DNA of 37,572 nucleotides from IMG/VR virus record IMGVR_UViG_3300020463_000049, positions 1-37,572 of that record, one strand, 5' to 3'. Below the pieces are notes generated by a model. That model ran no database searches. It was not told the DNA's origin and saw nothing but the letters and a program-made list of their open reading frames with translations. Shown in pieces: positions 10,025 to 18,681 of the stretch. Position 1 is the first letter of the stretch. Each line of letters starts with the position of its first letter. The DNA comes from a virus (taxonomy: Duplodnaviria; Caudoviricetes). A program made the position numbers and the translations under genes.

Positions 10025-10563
10025 TAAAGGTGTCCTTCTTTTTTATACCATTTTAATATTTCTATTGTTGCCTTTACATCATTTATTGATCTGTGGGCAT
10101 TTTCTATTTTAAGTCCGAAGAGCTCTTCATAAATATCTCCGAGCTTTCTCATCTTTCCCCAGACTTGTTGCCCAACCTCAACAGTACAAATATGCTCTAT
10201 CGGCCATGGAAACTTTGTAAGCTTGTCAACTCTCTCAAGTTCAAACCTTAAAACTTTTCTGTCGAAAGGTAAATTATGTGCAACGATTTCTCTTTGACCA
10301 ATAAAAAATTCACATAGATCCTTGTAGTGCGCAATAAAAGGCTTTTTGTCTTTTAGCATATCATCTGTTATGTTTGTTATTTTTATTATCTGTGGGTCAA
10401 GCTCATGCCCTGGATTACAGAAAAACTCAAGCCTGTCAACTTCCTCAAGATCATCATCAACCTTTATAGCACCGAACTCTATTATGCGAGGTTGCATGTC
10501 TAGGTCAGAACCTTCAGCCTTTGGTAAGCCTGTTGTCTCCAGGTCAAACACTATCATCGTCAA
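10024..10563 (-). CDS. dnaQ: DEDDh 3'-5' exonuclease (Pol III epsilon-like)
   Basis: ExoI VFDLETTGL, ExoII AHNLPFD, ExoIII AHRSIND. Lies two genes upstream of dnaE. Confidence 0.9.
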   Translation of the reverse strand: MTMIVFDLETTGLPKAEGSDLDMQPRIIEFGAIKVDDDLEEVDRLEFFCNPGHELDPQIIKITNITDDMLKDKKPFIAHYKDLCEFFIGQREIVAHNLPFDRKVLRFELERVDKLTKFPWPIEHICTVEVGQQVWGKMRKLGDIYEELFGLKIENAHRSINDVKATIEILKWYKKEGHL

Positions 10564-10849
10564 TTGACTCCATCATAAAAGAATATACACCAAGATCGTG
10601 TATTGAATCAACATGAGCTTTTGGCCAACCTTGGCAATATCTCGTAAACTTTGCGACCATCATGTTTAATATACCAAACCTGTTATAATCTTCAACTGTT
10701 TCTAATTTTACACCATTTGGGAACAGAGCCTGCATAACCTTACCATGATTAAGATAGTTGTCACCATATTCTTTATTTCTTTCTTTGAATGTTTTAAAAG
10801 CCTCATCCATACAATCGAGTGGAGTTTTCTTTTTCATTTTGCTCTCCAT
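10544..10849 (-). CDS. Nucleotide-modification-associated small alpha-helical domain (Nmad1/DUF6378-like)
   Basis: KERNKEYGD, K.TRY and DSIHDLGVY motifs are typical of this MazG-like superfamily. Confidence 0.65.
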   Translation of the reverse strand: MESKMKKKTPLDCMDEAFKTFKERNKEYGDNYLNHGKVMQALFPNGVKLETVEDYNRFGILNMMVAKFTRYCQGWPKAHVDSIHDLGVYSFMMESIDDDSV

Positions 10850-11139
10850 TTATTTTTTATATTGTTGACAACATTCCTAGTTTTTTTAATAAGATCTTTA
10901 AGGCTGTTGTTTGCTTTATAAACTTCATCCATAGCTTCCTTCAGCTCTGTATAGTCAAGTGTAGGATTTCCTTTTTTAAGCTTTTGCTCTTCTTTTGGAT
11001 GTCTCTTATAAAGTATATATTCAACCTTTACTTTGTCCATGTTAAGCCTGTTAGCAATATCTTTTATTTTATTGCCCATGGACTTCATCTCATGGATTTT
11101 ATTTATTAAGGCTTGTGGGTAAAGCTCTGGTCTAGGCAT
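10834..11139 (-). CDS. Putative helix-turn-helix DNA-binding protein
   Basis: MGNKIKDIANRLNMDKVKVEYIL HTH pattern followed by a coiled coil. Confidence 0.6.
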   Translation of the reverse strand: MPRPELYPQALINKIHEMKSMGNKIKDIANRLNMDKVKVEYILYKRHPKEEQKLKKGNPTLDYTELKEAMDEVYKANNSLKDLIKKTRNVVNNIKNKWRAK

Positions 11140-11839
11140 TTCTGTTCTCCTCTATTTGTTGGTGCCTATAAGACTTCAAAGGTGCAAATGAACCGAAACC
11201 CTCTTGGTCTTTTTCTTTAACAATCTCACATATTTCTTTTAACTGCTCGACTATATTCTCAATAACTTTAATTTGATCATTATTCATATCAGAGTTGTCA
11301 ACATATCTCTTCAAGGCATTTAAATATTCTATTGCCTGAATTCCTTGAGGTATAAGTTTTTGATTGCCTAAAAGAATAACCTCATCCCATATTTTAAAAA
11401 CAACTGAAGCTAAATCAGCAATTGCTATTATTACACCCTCATTGCCTTTTTTGGAGTTCCCCCAGTCCCTTTGTAATTTTAAATTAACAGAGATCTGTAG
11501 GTTCATTTCTTCTAACAATTTTTCCATACCAGCCTCAGATATTTTATCAAAAGTCTTTTTTGAATTTTCATCAAAATACTTTGTAGGTCTAGGAATATCT
11601 CCAGTCACAACCTCATCAATATCATGCGTAACAGCCTTACACAAAACCTCACCAATATCCATAGTTTCTGTTATACTGTTTGTTGCCTTAGTGTTAAGCT
11701 CATGGCAAAGTAAATAAGAAAACAAGCAAACAAATCCAGTATGCTCAAGAACACTCTCCTCCTTTAAAAGATGGATCTGCGAATATCTTCTTATTGCGGA
11801 CATCTTTTGGGCAGTGCTAAATATTTTTATAATATCCAT
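11132..11839 (-). CDS. HD-domain deoxynucleotide phosphohydrolase (YfbR/DatZ-like)
   Basis: IRRY...ESVLEH, HDIDEVVTGDIPRPTK and IAD motifs of the YfbR family. Confidence 0.88.
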   Translation of the reverse strand: MDIIKIFSTAQKMSAIRRYSQIHLLKEESVLEHTGFVCLFSYLLCHELNTKATNSITETMDIGEVLCKAVTHDIDEVVTGDIPRPTKYFDENSKKTFDKISEAGMEKLLEEMNLQISVNLKLQRDWGNSKKGNEGVIIAIADLASVVFKIWDEVILLGNQKLIPQGIQAIEYLNALKRYVDNSDMNNDQIKVIENIVEQLKEICEIVKEKDQEGFGSFAPLKSYRHQQIEENRNA

Positions 11840-12369
11840 TACTCAACCTCTGGATTAAAGTTTTGAAATACTTTGAATGATCTTTCAAGCATAGGTATGT
11901 CTTCACGCTGATCACCATAAAACCTTAAAGACCCACAAAATTTTTCTAGGTCCTCTTCACCAACTACATGTGCAGCTACACTCTCTTTTAGCATTATATT
12001 AAGGCCAAAATTTTCATCAGTGTATGTAACAGAGAATCTTCGTGACTGAAAAAGATCAGTTAAATATCCTCCCTTTGATACGTTATGATCGTCAAGTGAT
12101 TTAAAATATCCCATTTCATAAACAGTGCCAGTGTCCCTGCCATCGACAACTGCAAATAAAATATCTGAATCAATCATATTATCAATATTGCTCTGATAAA
12201 TTTCTTTTGATCTTTTCATTCTCTCCTCAACAGGAAGATCAGTAATTATGCCACCACCTTTTCTGGGTGAGAAATAATTTATTTCATGCCTGTCAAAAGC
12301 CTTTTCGATCTTATCAATAATGCTGATTTGCTTTTCGTTAAAAAATGGTCCTGCTAAATAAACTTTCAT
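11839..12369 (-). CDS. Nucleoside 2-deoxyribosyltransferase / nucleotide N-glycosidase family protein
   Basis: KVYLAGPFF, YFSPR, DGRDTGTVYEMGY (catalytic Glu) and LNIML motifs. Confidence 0.9.
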   Translation of the reverse strand: MKVYLAGPFFNEKQISIIDKIEKAFDRHEINYFSPRKGGGIITDLPVEERMKRSKEIYQSNIDNMIDSDILFAVVDGRDTGTVYEMGYFKSLDDHNVSKGGYLTDLFQSRRFSVTYTDENFGLNIMLKESVAAHVVGEEDLEKFCGSLRFYGDQREDIPMLERSFKVFQNFNPEVE

Positions 12370-13436
12370 TTTACCTCCACTTGTTCAATATGTTTTTGCC
12401 AAAAGGCTGGTCTATAGCTTGCTTCTATTTTTACCATGTCCATGTATTTCTTATCGATAGGAGTTGAAGCAAGTTTACTTTGTATTGGGCATGGTGCTCC
12501 TGGATCTTTATCAGTGTATCTCAATTCAGCATCTCGAGTATAAGGGCAGAAACCTTTATTGCATGGCAGATTTTGTTCGCTTATGTTTATGAACTTTTGC
12601 GCCTCGACTATAATATCTTTCCATATACCATACTGCGCAATCCAGCATTGCCTTTTATTAACAACTGTTTTCCAAAACTCTTTTTCAGCTGATATGCATA
12701 TTTTTATTGTATCACCCAAAGTTTTATTCCAAGGATTATTCTCAATTATAGAAATTAAATTATCTTTGAATGTAAAATTTCTATGCCTAACAACTTGAGC
12801 ACGCAGAGCTATTGTCATTTCTTGATATATATTTATTATCGGACCAATTGAACCAGTCTGCATTTCTTCTGGCATGAGTTCTGGTATAGGATCAACAAAG
12901 CTATAGTTTTTTGCATACTTGCTTATTTGAAATTTATTATTTAGCTGAGTTAAGCCAATGATAAAATAGTCATCTATCTTGCTTAAAAATTCATAAAGCT
13001 TATAAAGTTTTATCAAGCCTCTCCAGGATAGGCGAGTTGTAAAGGATGTATTAGAGGCTATGGGCATTTTCATTCTGTATTCGTCCTGAATGACTCCAGC
13101 TCCTTTTAAATTTATTATCTCATCCTTAAGAGCATTGTAAAAAGGTTCAAGTTTATTGTTAAGATATTCCGGAACTTCAAAATCTTCGGGAGCATCAACT
13201 CTTGAGGTTCTTGCCCACATAACATGATCTCTGAATGATGCTATTATTTCTCTTTCTAATATTGTGCACTGAACACTAAGCACAACCGATGGCACCTCAT
13301 TAACAGGAGCATCAATCGATAATATAGTGTCTAGGGGAGTTGTATCATCTGGAGATCTAGAGAGTTCCCAAGCAATCCTCGACAGATGTTTATTATCATA
13401 ATTTTCTAAATTGCTCGATATTATTTCTAGTTCCAA
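12366..13436 (-). CDS. Divergent tandem-domain ThyX-like (flavin-dependent thymidylate synthase fold) protein
   Basis: The N-domain follows ThyX motif order (PVNEVPSVVL, SFRDHVMWARTSRV, FEVP, GVIQDEYRMKMP, T.FT..LSWRGL). The C-domain has AQVVRHR, KRQCWIAQYGI and CNKGFCP. Confidence 0.75.
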   Translation of the reverse strand: MELEIISSNLENYDNKHLSRIAWELSRSPDDTTPLDTILSIDAPVNEVPSVVLSVQCTILEREIIASFRDHVMWARTSRVDAPEDFEVPEYLNNKLEPFYNALKDEIINLKGAGVIQDEYRMKMPIASNTSFTTRLSWRGLIKLYKLYEFLSKIDDYFIIGLTQLNNKFQISKYAKNYSFVDPIPELMPEEMQTGSIGPIINIYQEMTIALRAQVVRHRNFTFKDNLISIIENNPWNKTLGDTIKICISAEKEFWKTVVNKRQCWIAQYGIWKDIIVEAQKFINISEQNLPCNKGFCPYTRDAELRYTDKDPGAPCPIQSKLASTPIDKKYMDMVKIEASYRPAFWQKHIEQVEVK

Positions 13437-13451
13437 TTTTTCTTCCTCAAA

Positions 13452-13477
13452 TTAAAAGGAGGGGATTATCCCCTCCT
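13452..13477 (-). terminator. Rho-independent terminator
   Basis: AGGAGGGGA-TAA-TCCCCTCCT hairpin (13457-13477) followed by T's on the - strand, just after ORF 13492-14118. Confidence 0.75.
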
Positions 13478-13491
13478 CAAGTTTTAAGTTA

Positions 13492-14118
13492 TTAGTCCTT
13501 TATCTCGACCCAACCCTTTTTGATATCCCATCGGGCATCCTCTAGTCGACCACCAAGCTCAGTGAAAAGCTCAAATGACATCCACTGATCAACATGATCT
13601 TTTTGGTTGTCAATAAGTATCTGGTGAGAGACATAACCCTTAGTGTTGAACTTACGAGGGTTGTAAATACCTTTTGCTCGGATGAATTTACCAACAAGCT
13701 CATGACGAGCATTTCTCTTTTTGATGGTGTCTTTGGCTTTTAAAATCTGCCGAGCTTTAGCAACAGCTCTTGCCTTTTTAACATCAGCTGTCTCTGGGAT
13801 GCCGATTGGTGTCATTCCAGGAAGAGCATCCACTTGGGGTGTCTTTTTAACTTCCTCTTTTCTAACAGGAAGATCAAGTTCCTCAACAAGATTAAATAAT
13901 CTTTTTGCAGCTGACTTTTTATCAGCAAACCTTTTAACCTTTGCAGGACTGTTAGCATTGAACATGTTTGCAAAAGTTGTAAGAGTGACATTAGGGTTGT
14001 CAAGCATCTCATCAATGTTTGAAAAGATAAGGCAACCATTTGCCCAAGTCTGAGCAGTTGCTCTGTCATCATATGCTTTTATTCCAAAGTTTTTGATGTC
14101 TATTGAATAATGTGTCAT
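13492..14118 (-). CDS. Hypothetical early protein with its own promoter and terminator
   Basis: 208-aa basic ORF with a strong AGAAAGGAA RBS. It begins MTHY, like ORF 5800-6447. Confidence 0.75.
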   Translation of the reverse strand: MTHYSIDIKNFGIKAYDDRATAQTWANGCLIFSNIDEMLDNPNVTLTTFANMFNANSPAKVKRFADKKSAAKRLFNLVEELDLPVRKEEVKKTPQVDALPGMTPIGIPETADVKKARAVAKARQILKAKDTIKKRNARHELVGKFIRAKGIYNPRKFNTKGYVSHQILIDNQKDHVDQWMSFELFTELGGRLEDARWDIKKGWVEIKD

Positions 14119-14123
14119 TTAAT

Positions 14124-14233
14124 TTCCTTTCTCAGTAGTTGACATATATAGTCTCTCTTATTTCATCCACATTGTAAAGTATTTTTTTAAAAAAAGATAA
14201 TCTTTTTTATTTCCCTTAAATATCAATAAGTTA
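14124..14233 (-). promoter_or_regulatory. Repeated promoter cassette 2
   Basis: TTTACA (14173-14178), 17 bp ending AAATAAGA, GAGACT (14150-14155), leader TACTGAGAAAGGAA (14124-14137). IHF consensus TATCAATAAGTTA at 14221-14233. Confidence 0.7.
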
Positions 14234-15691
14234 CAGCACATAATGACGCAATCCTCTAGGCTGAACTATAAATAAATTTTGTTTTGTTCTTGTAACAGCA
14301 ACATACCAAACCCTGTTTTCCTCATCCTTGTGGGTATTCTCCCAACTATATCTGCCCATGTCAGTTCTTAACACAACATTATCAGCCTCGCCACCTTTAC
14401 TTTGGTGGATTGTTGATATTGTTATTCTTGGTTTTTCACTAAATTTTTCTCCATTTCGTAGGCAAGATCTCAGATATTCTCTTTCGTCAGGAGCAATACC
14501 TTTAAGCATATCCATCCAATCATAGTTCTTTGAATTACCATTTAAACCTAAATCTTGCACGTTATATTTTTCTTTTCTTTCTATCTTAATCTTGAATGGC
14601 ATAAATTGTATCATATTTTTTGTTTCATGTAATGTAAGTTCTTTGCCATTTCTAATTTTCTCCCAGCTCGTTATTGCTCGAGTTTCTTCTGATTCAAGAG
14701 AGTTTTTGCCATTATAAAAATATCCATAGCCTTGTTGTCTTGCAGCTTGCTGGAATCTGTTTAGTAAATATTTTGACCTGCTCATGCACAACCACGTTCC
14801 CTGACCAGAGAAGTCGATCTGTTGTTCGTCGGCAATATACTCAACCATGCCAGACTCCAGCTTTGAAGTCCAAGGCTTGGCATATCTGTGCTTTATTCTT
14901 TTGACAATATCAAATGCAACTGAGTGAACCTTTTGAGGAACTCTATAACTCTGAGGCAGAACAACCCTATCACCTTTTAAATTTAAAAACTTATTTACAT
15001 CAGCTCCTGCCCAACCGAATATTGCCTGATCATCATCACCAGCTATATATACTTGATTAGCATTTTGCGAAGCTAATATCGCCATTTTATATTGCAAAGA
15101 ACTTAGGTCTTGTGCCTCATCAATTATACAGACATCTATTGGCAAGGGTGAATTATATTGCTGAAGCATATCAGTAAAATCTAAAAGACCATTTTCCTCT
15201 TTATAAAATCTTAGTGCCTTATCATATTGCCTAACAGCATGAAGTGTTAAATCATCAATCGCTGTAATATTATATTGATCTTCAATTGATCTTAAGCCCA
15301 CTCTCGCCAGAGACTCAACTCTTGAGCATTTGTCTCCTAAACCATAGCCAGTATGAACACCCAGATCTTCATCATATATTCCCTTAAATTCTACACCTAA
15401 AGCTTTGCCAAGCTTTCTGTAATGTTCATTTGTCATTACCTCATCTCTTTGAAGACCAAGTTGTTTAAATGCCAGAGAGTGCAAAGTTCTAAAATAAGGA
15501 AATCTATCCTCCTCAAAACCAAATTTCTCCATAGCTCTTTCTTGCGCTTCAGTTGCAGCTTTACGAGTGAAAGCAAGATATGCAATTTTTTCTGGAGCTA
15601 CACCCATTTTTAAATTGTCTTCAACTATTTTTAAAAGAGTTGTGGTCTTGCCTGTTCCTGGGGGACCAAGGATTATTTGTACATATCTCAT
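14231..15691 (-). CDS. UvrD/Rep-family SF1 helicase
   Basis: GPPGTGKTT, AFTRKAA, TLHSLA, IIDEAQD, AGDDDQAIF, QSYR, STIHQSKGGEAD and YVAVTR motifs. Confidence 0.95.
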   Translation of the reverse strand: MRYVQIILGPPGTGKTTTLLKIVEDNLKMGVAPEKIAYLAFTRKAATEAQERAMEKFGFEEDRFPYFRTLHSLAFKQLGLQRDEVMTNEHYRKLGKALGVEFKGIYDEDLGVHTGYGLGDKCSRVESLARVGLRSIEDQYNITAIDDLTLHAVRQYDKALRFYKEENGLLDFTDMLQQYNSPLPIDVCIIDEAQDLSSLQYKMAILASQNANQVYIAGDDDQAIFGWAGADVNKFLNLKGDRVVLPQSYRVPQKVHSVAFDIVKRIKHRYAKPWTSKLESGMVEYIADEQQIDFSGQGTWLCMSRSKYLLNRFQQAARQQGYGYFYNGKNSLESEETRAITSWEKIRNGKELTLHETKNMIQFMPFKIKIERKEKYNVQDLGLNGNSKNYDWMDMLKGIAPDEREYLRSCLRNGEKFSEKPRITISTIHQSKGGEADNVVLRTDMGRYSWENTHKDEENRVWYVAVTRTKQNLFIVQPRGLRHYVL

Positions 15692-15864
15692 TTCTTTAAC
15701 TTATCATCTTTTAATCTAGAAAAAGTTTTTGCTAAACTTTCACCCTTTCTTTTTTCTTTTAAAAGTTTCTTCATTACTTGTCTAGCCTCAGGACTAATAT
15801 ATCTTTTCTGGTGTTGGCCATTGTCTTTTTTAATTGGCTTTAATTTAAATTCATCATCCATCAT
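15688..15864 (-). CDS. Small basic hypothetical protein, 58 aa (MMDDEFKLKPIKKDNGQHQKRY...); not in ORF track
   Basis: Translated by hand. ATGA overlaps with both neighbours. Confidence 0.6.
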   Translation of the reverse strand: MMDDEFKLKPIKKDNGQHQKRYISPEARQVMKKLLKEKRKGESLAKTFSRLKDDKLKK

Positions 15865-16085
15865 TTCATAAACTCTGGTTTGGGTAGTGGGGTTCTAACA
15901 GTAATAATAAAATTATCAACCTCAATACAATTTTGTTTTTTTGCAACTGGGTCAAGAACTTGGTTTAAGCTTTGCGCAACATACATACAAGTCTCGTGAT
16001 CATGAAACACAACTCTTTTTAAATTAACATTGTTTTCCATAATATCAGGAACAGTCAAAATATATAAGGCGAAAAAAGTGTTCAT
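15861..16085 (-). CDS. Hypothetical protein
   Basis: Coupled ORF with a GGAG RBS and two Cys. Confidence 0.65.
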   Translation of the reverse strand: MNTFFALYILTVPDIMENNVNLKRVVFHDHETCMYVAQSLNQVLDPVAKKQNCIEVDNFIITVRTPLPKPEFMK

Positions 16086-16288
16086 TGTTCTTCTCCTCTA
16101 AGGTCTCTCTTTGATTTAGACCTTTCTTTTTTGTTTGCATTCTTTTTATATTTTTTAGTCCAAGCTTTTGAAGTCGAGCTTAGATTTTTATCTTTAAAAT
16201 TTTTCTTAACAATTCCTTGTGACATTTCTTTCTCCTTTCTTAACATCCAAAGCATCCAATCGTAATATCTCTCTGGCTCTTTTTCCAT
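16082..16288 (-). CDS. Hypothetical basic protein
   Basis: Coupled ORF in the operon, beginning MEKEPERYYDWMLW. Confidence 0.6.
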   Translation of the reverse strand: MEKEPERYYDWMLWMLRKEKEMSQGIVKKNFKDKNLSSTSKAWTKKYKKNANKKERSKSKRDLRGEEQ

Positions 16289-16290
16289 AA

Positions 16291-17823
16291 TTAAAAATCT
16301 TCTGTTACAGTTGTTGGGATCTCCAGCTCGTCGTCTTCTTGATAAAAGTCTGGAGATGGCACCGACCAGACCTTGATAGGTTTAGATTTAATTCTAAATG
16401 ATTTTCTATCACCACCCAAGCTCCTTAACCAAGACCATATTTGATGCTGGCTGGAATATCTAAATCGTCTTGAATCCAAATATATAAATAAATCTTCAGA
16501 CCTAAAATAAACTTTGTCATCATCCTTGTCGTGCCAAGGCTTGGCATTCATTATTTCATCTTTATGACGAGCTTGAACTTTACCAGTCAAAAAGCTATCT
16601 AGCATTTTCTCAAATTGACCTTGTGGCGATGCATCATCTGGATCAACTACAACCTCAACTGAATTAAGCAGTTCATTTATTCTTTGCTCCCATTTGGGTG
16701 CTGGCATAGTGCTCGGGCATTTATTTAATTTCTCTACACATATCTTTTGTAGCTGTCTCTGGTCAAGGAGTTGGGGTGTTGTAACCTCAATTCTCTCACC
16801 TTGCATTTCTATATACCATCTTACAGATGATCTGTTTTCAGTTTCATATTTTGTTATAGCATCTATTTCTATTGCCAGTCCACCTTTTATCCCACCAACC
16901 CCAAACTCTCTTTTCATGCATTTAGTTCGCTCGCAATAATTACAGATCGGTGGTTGTTTGCATGTATAAGCATAATCTTTTTTGCTAACACCTTTTATAA
17001 GGGCATTGACCTCACTAGAGGGTAAGGGTTCAGACACATGTTCATAATTAAACTTCATCAAATCTTCTTGCCAGTCATCAGGATTTTTCTTCCTGTAATA
17101 AACTCCGACATTAAAAAGGGAATTATTCCTGCTCCCTTCCGGAAATCCCATTGTGATTAAATGCTGTAAACATGGTGGACCATCTTCAAACTTATCATCA
17201 AGCTCTGTTTTATATTTCTCCAGCTCCTCGAAAGTTGTTTGCTTTTTCTCAGCCACATCTAAAAACTGTTTTAAATTTAATTTCTTGCCATTGTGTATGG
17301 CATATCTTTCGCTTTTGTCACCATCCCAATAACAAAGGTTTATCCAGTTTCCTCTGTCTCTTTCATTAGCTCGACTTATTTGTTTCGGGAATATCTCTGC
17401 ACCACCATAACCTAGTGTGGCTGCAAACTCATTAAGCTTTGCCACCATATCAATGGCAGGAATAGCAGGTTCACAAAATAAATAAAGGTGAGCACCCCCA
17501 GACTTAGACCTACAAAGTACAAGTGGTGTTTTGTTGATTTTCTTCTCAAGTTGTTCAAGCGATTCATTTAATTTTACCTCTCCTCTTATATCAACATCAA
17601 TAACTCCAAAGTTGCAAGAATTGTTCTCACGCAACATTATTATTCCTAGTATATAATCACCACCACTAAGGTGTGCTTCAAAATTATCTTTTGTTGCAGT
17701 TTCTGCAACTGTTACTGCTCTGCCAGACATTTTGCCATCAGCTTCTTTTTTCTGAACTCTGTATTGACCATGCGCAAGTTCATAACCTCTGAACAATGTC
17801 ATAAATCTTTTTACGTTATCCAT
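16291..17823 (-). CDS. Archaeo-eukaryotic primase (AEP/primpol) with PriCT-1-like domain
   Basis: FGVIDVD (DxD), RSKSGGAHLYLF, EIFPKQ, GPPCL and EGSRNNSLF motifs, plus the Cys cluster YTC..PPIC.YC....C. Confidence 0.85.
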   Translation of the reverse strand: MDNVKRFMTLFRGYELAHGQYRVQKKEADGKMSGRAVTVAETATKDNFEAHLSGGDYILGIIMLRENNSCNFGVIDVDIRGEVKLNESLEQLEKKINKTPLVLCRSKSGGAHLYLFCEPAIPAIDMVAKLNEFAATLGYGGAEIFPKQISRANERDRGNWINLCYWDGDKSERYAIHNGKKLNLKQFLDVAEKKQTTFEELEKYKTELDDKFEDGPPCLQHLITMGFPEGSRNNSLFNVGVYYRKKNPDDWQEDLMKFNYEHVSEPLPSSEVNALIKGVSKKDYAYTCKQPPICNYCERTKCMKREFGVGGIKGGLAIEIDAITKYETENRSSVRWYIEMQGERIEVTTPQLLDQRQLQKICVEKLNKCPSTMPAPKWEQRINELLNSVEVVVDPDDASPQGQFEKMLDSFLTGKVQARHKDEIMNAKPWHDKDDDKVYFRSEDLFIYLDSRRFRYSSQHQIWSWLRSLGGDRKSFRIKSKPIKVWSVPSPDFYQEDDELEIPTTVTEDF

Positions 17824-17835
17824 TTATTTCCTTTC

Positions 17836-17871
17836 TAAAAGGGAGGAGCCAAAGGATTAAACTCCTCCCTT
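17836..17871 (-). terminator. Rho-independent terminator/attenuator between SSB and primase
   Basis: AAGGGAGGAG / CTCCTCCCTT 10-bp stem with a 13-nt loop. A short T tract runs directly into the primase RBS. Confidence 0.65.
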
Positions 17872-17907
17872 ACTTCGATGTGAGTCGTCAGAATTGAAGG
17901 ATAAATT

Positions 17908-18681
17908 TTACATCACATCGTCGTCTGGTGCATCAGGGCTGACCTGCACATTTCCAGATTTTAGTTGTGCTTTAAAGTCTCGAGCTGCAAGATAAATCTC
18001 TTCACCATTAGGAAGATTTTTAATTATGCCTCCAGACTTTGCATCGTGATTGCACTCAACTGACCAACCAAACCATGAACCTGCATCGCTTTGCTCAGGA
18101 ACAGTTTTTAGTTGATAAGATGTCCAGAATATTGCTGGGTTTAGTTTTCTGCCATCAATATCAACCATCAGCCTGTTCATCATGGTATTCCATTGTTTAG
18201 CCTTTTTAAGTTGGCTTTTGCCCATGCTTATCATTGCAGGTGTATAGCCATCTTCAGTCACCAAGAAAACAAAATATTCACCAGTTGGAATTATTTCATT
18301 CCCCTCGCTAGTCAAATACTCACCTTTGTCGCCTCTAGTGCAATTGCTCAGACATGTATCGTCAGTGCCATGATCAGCAACAAGACCACCCATATCTTTA
18401 CGCCACTCGATATGTGCTCGCCTATAACTAATCGGGACAACCTGTATGCCCACTTCACCATCATGTGCAACCTTGGCAACATTATCAAAAATCATGCCAG
18501 CCTCAGCTCCTTTAACATAGGTGTTTTCTCTTTTTTGAACCTGCTTAGACATTTGTTGCAAGATGTTAAGTCTTGGAATCATTAAATCATCGCGACCCAT
18601 ATCCTCCAGACCTAAACCTACGTCTTCAAGCAAGTTAATTGTTGCCACTTGCGTGGACTTTCTGTTTTGTACATTTGCCAT
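17908..18681 (-). CDS. Putative single-stranded DNA-binding protein
   Basis: DLMIPRLNILQ..S.QV, GA..G.I, SQLKKAKQWN and GSWFGW motifs, an acidic C-terminal tail (PDAPDDDVM), and position beside the primase. Confidence 0.65.
   Translation of the reverse strand: MANVQNRKSTQVATINLLEDVGLGLEDMGRDDLMIPRLNILQQMSKQVQKRENTYVKGAEAGMIFDNVAKVAHDGEVGIQVVPISYRRAHIEWRKDMGGLVADHGTDDTCLSNCTRGDKGEYLTSEGNEIIPTGEYFVFLVTEDGYTPAMISMGKSQLKKAKQWNTMMNRLMVDIDGRKLNPAIFWTSYQLKTVPEQSDAGSWFGWSVECNHDAKSGGIIKNLPNGEEIYLAARDFKAQLKSGNVQVSPDAPDDDVM

Noticed and set aside
11132-11839. 2-aminoadenine (Z-genome) system suggested by the DatZ-like HD enzyme
   Set aside because: No PurZ/adenylosuccinate-synthetase homologue is in the window, although the replication arm appears complete. 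An HD domain alone is not diagnostic.
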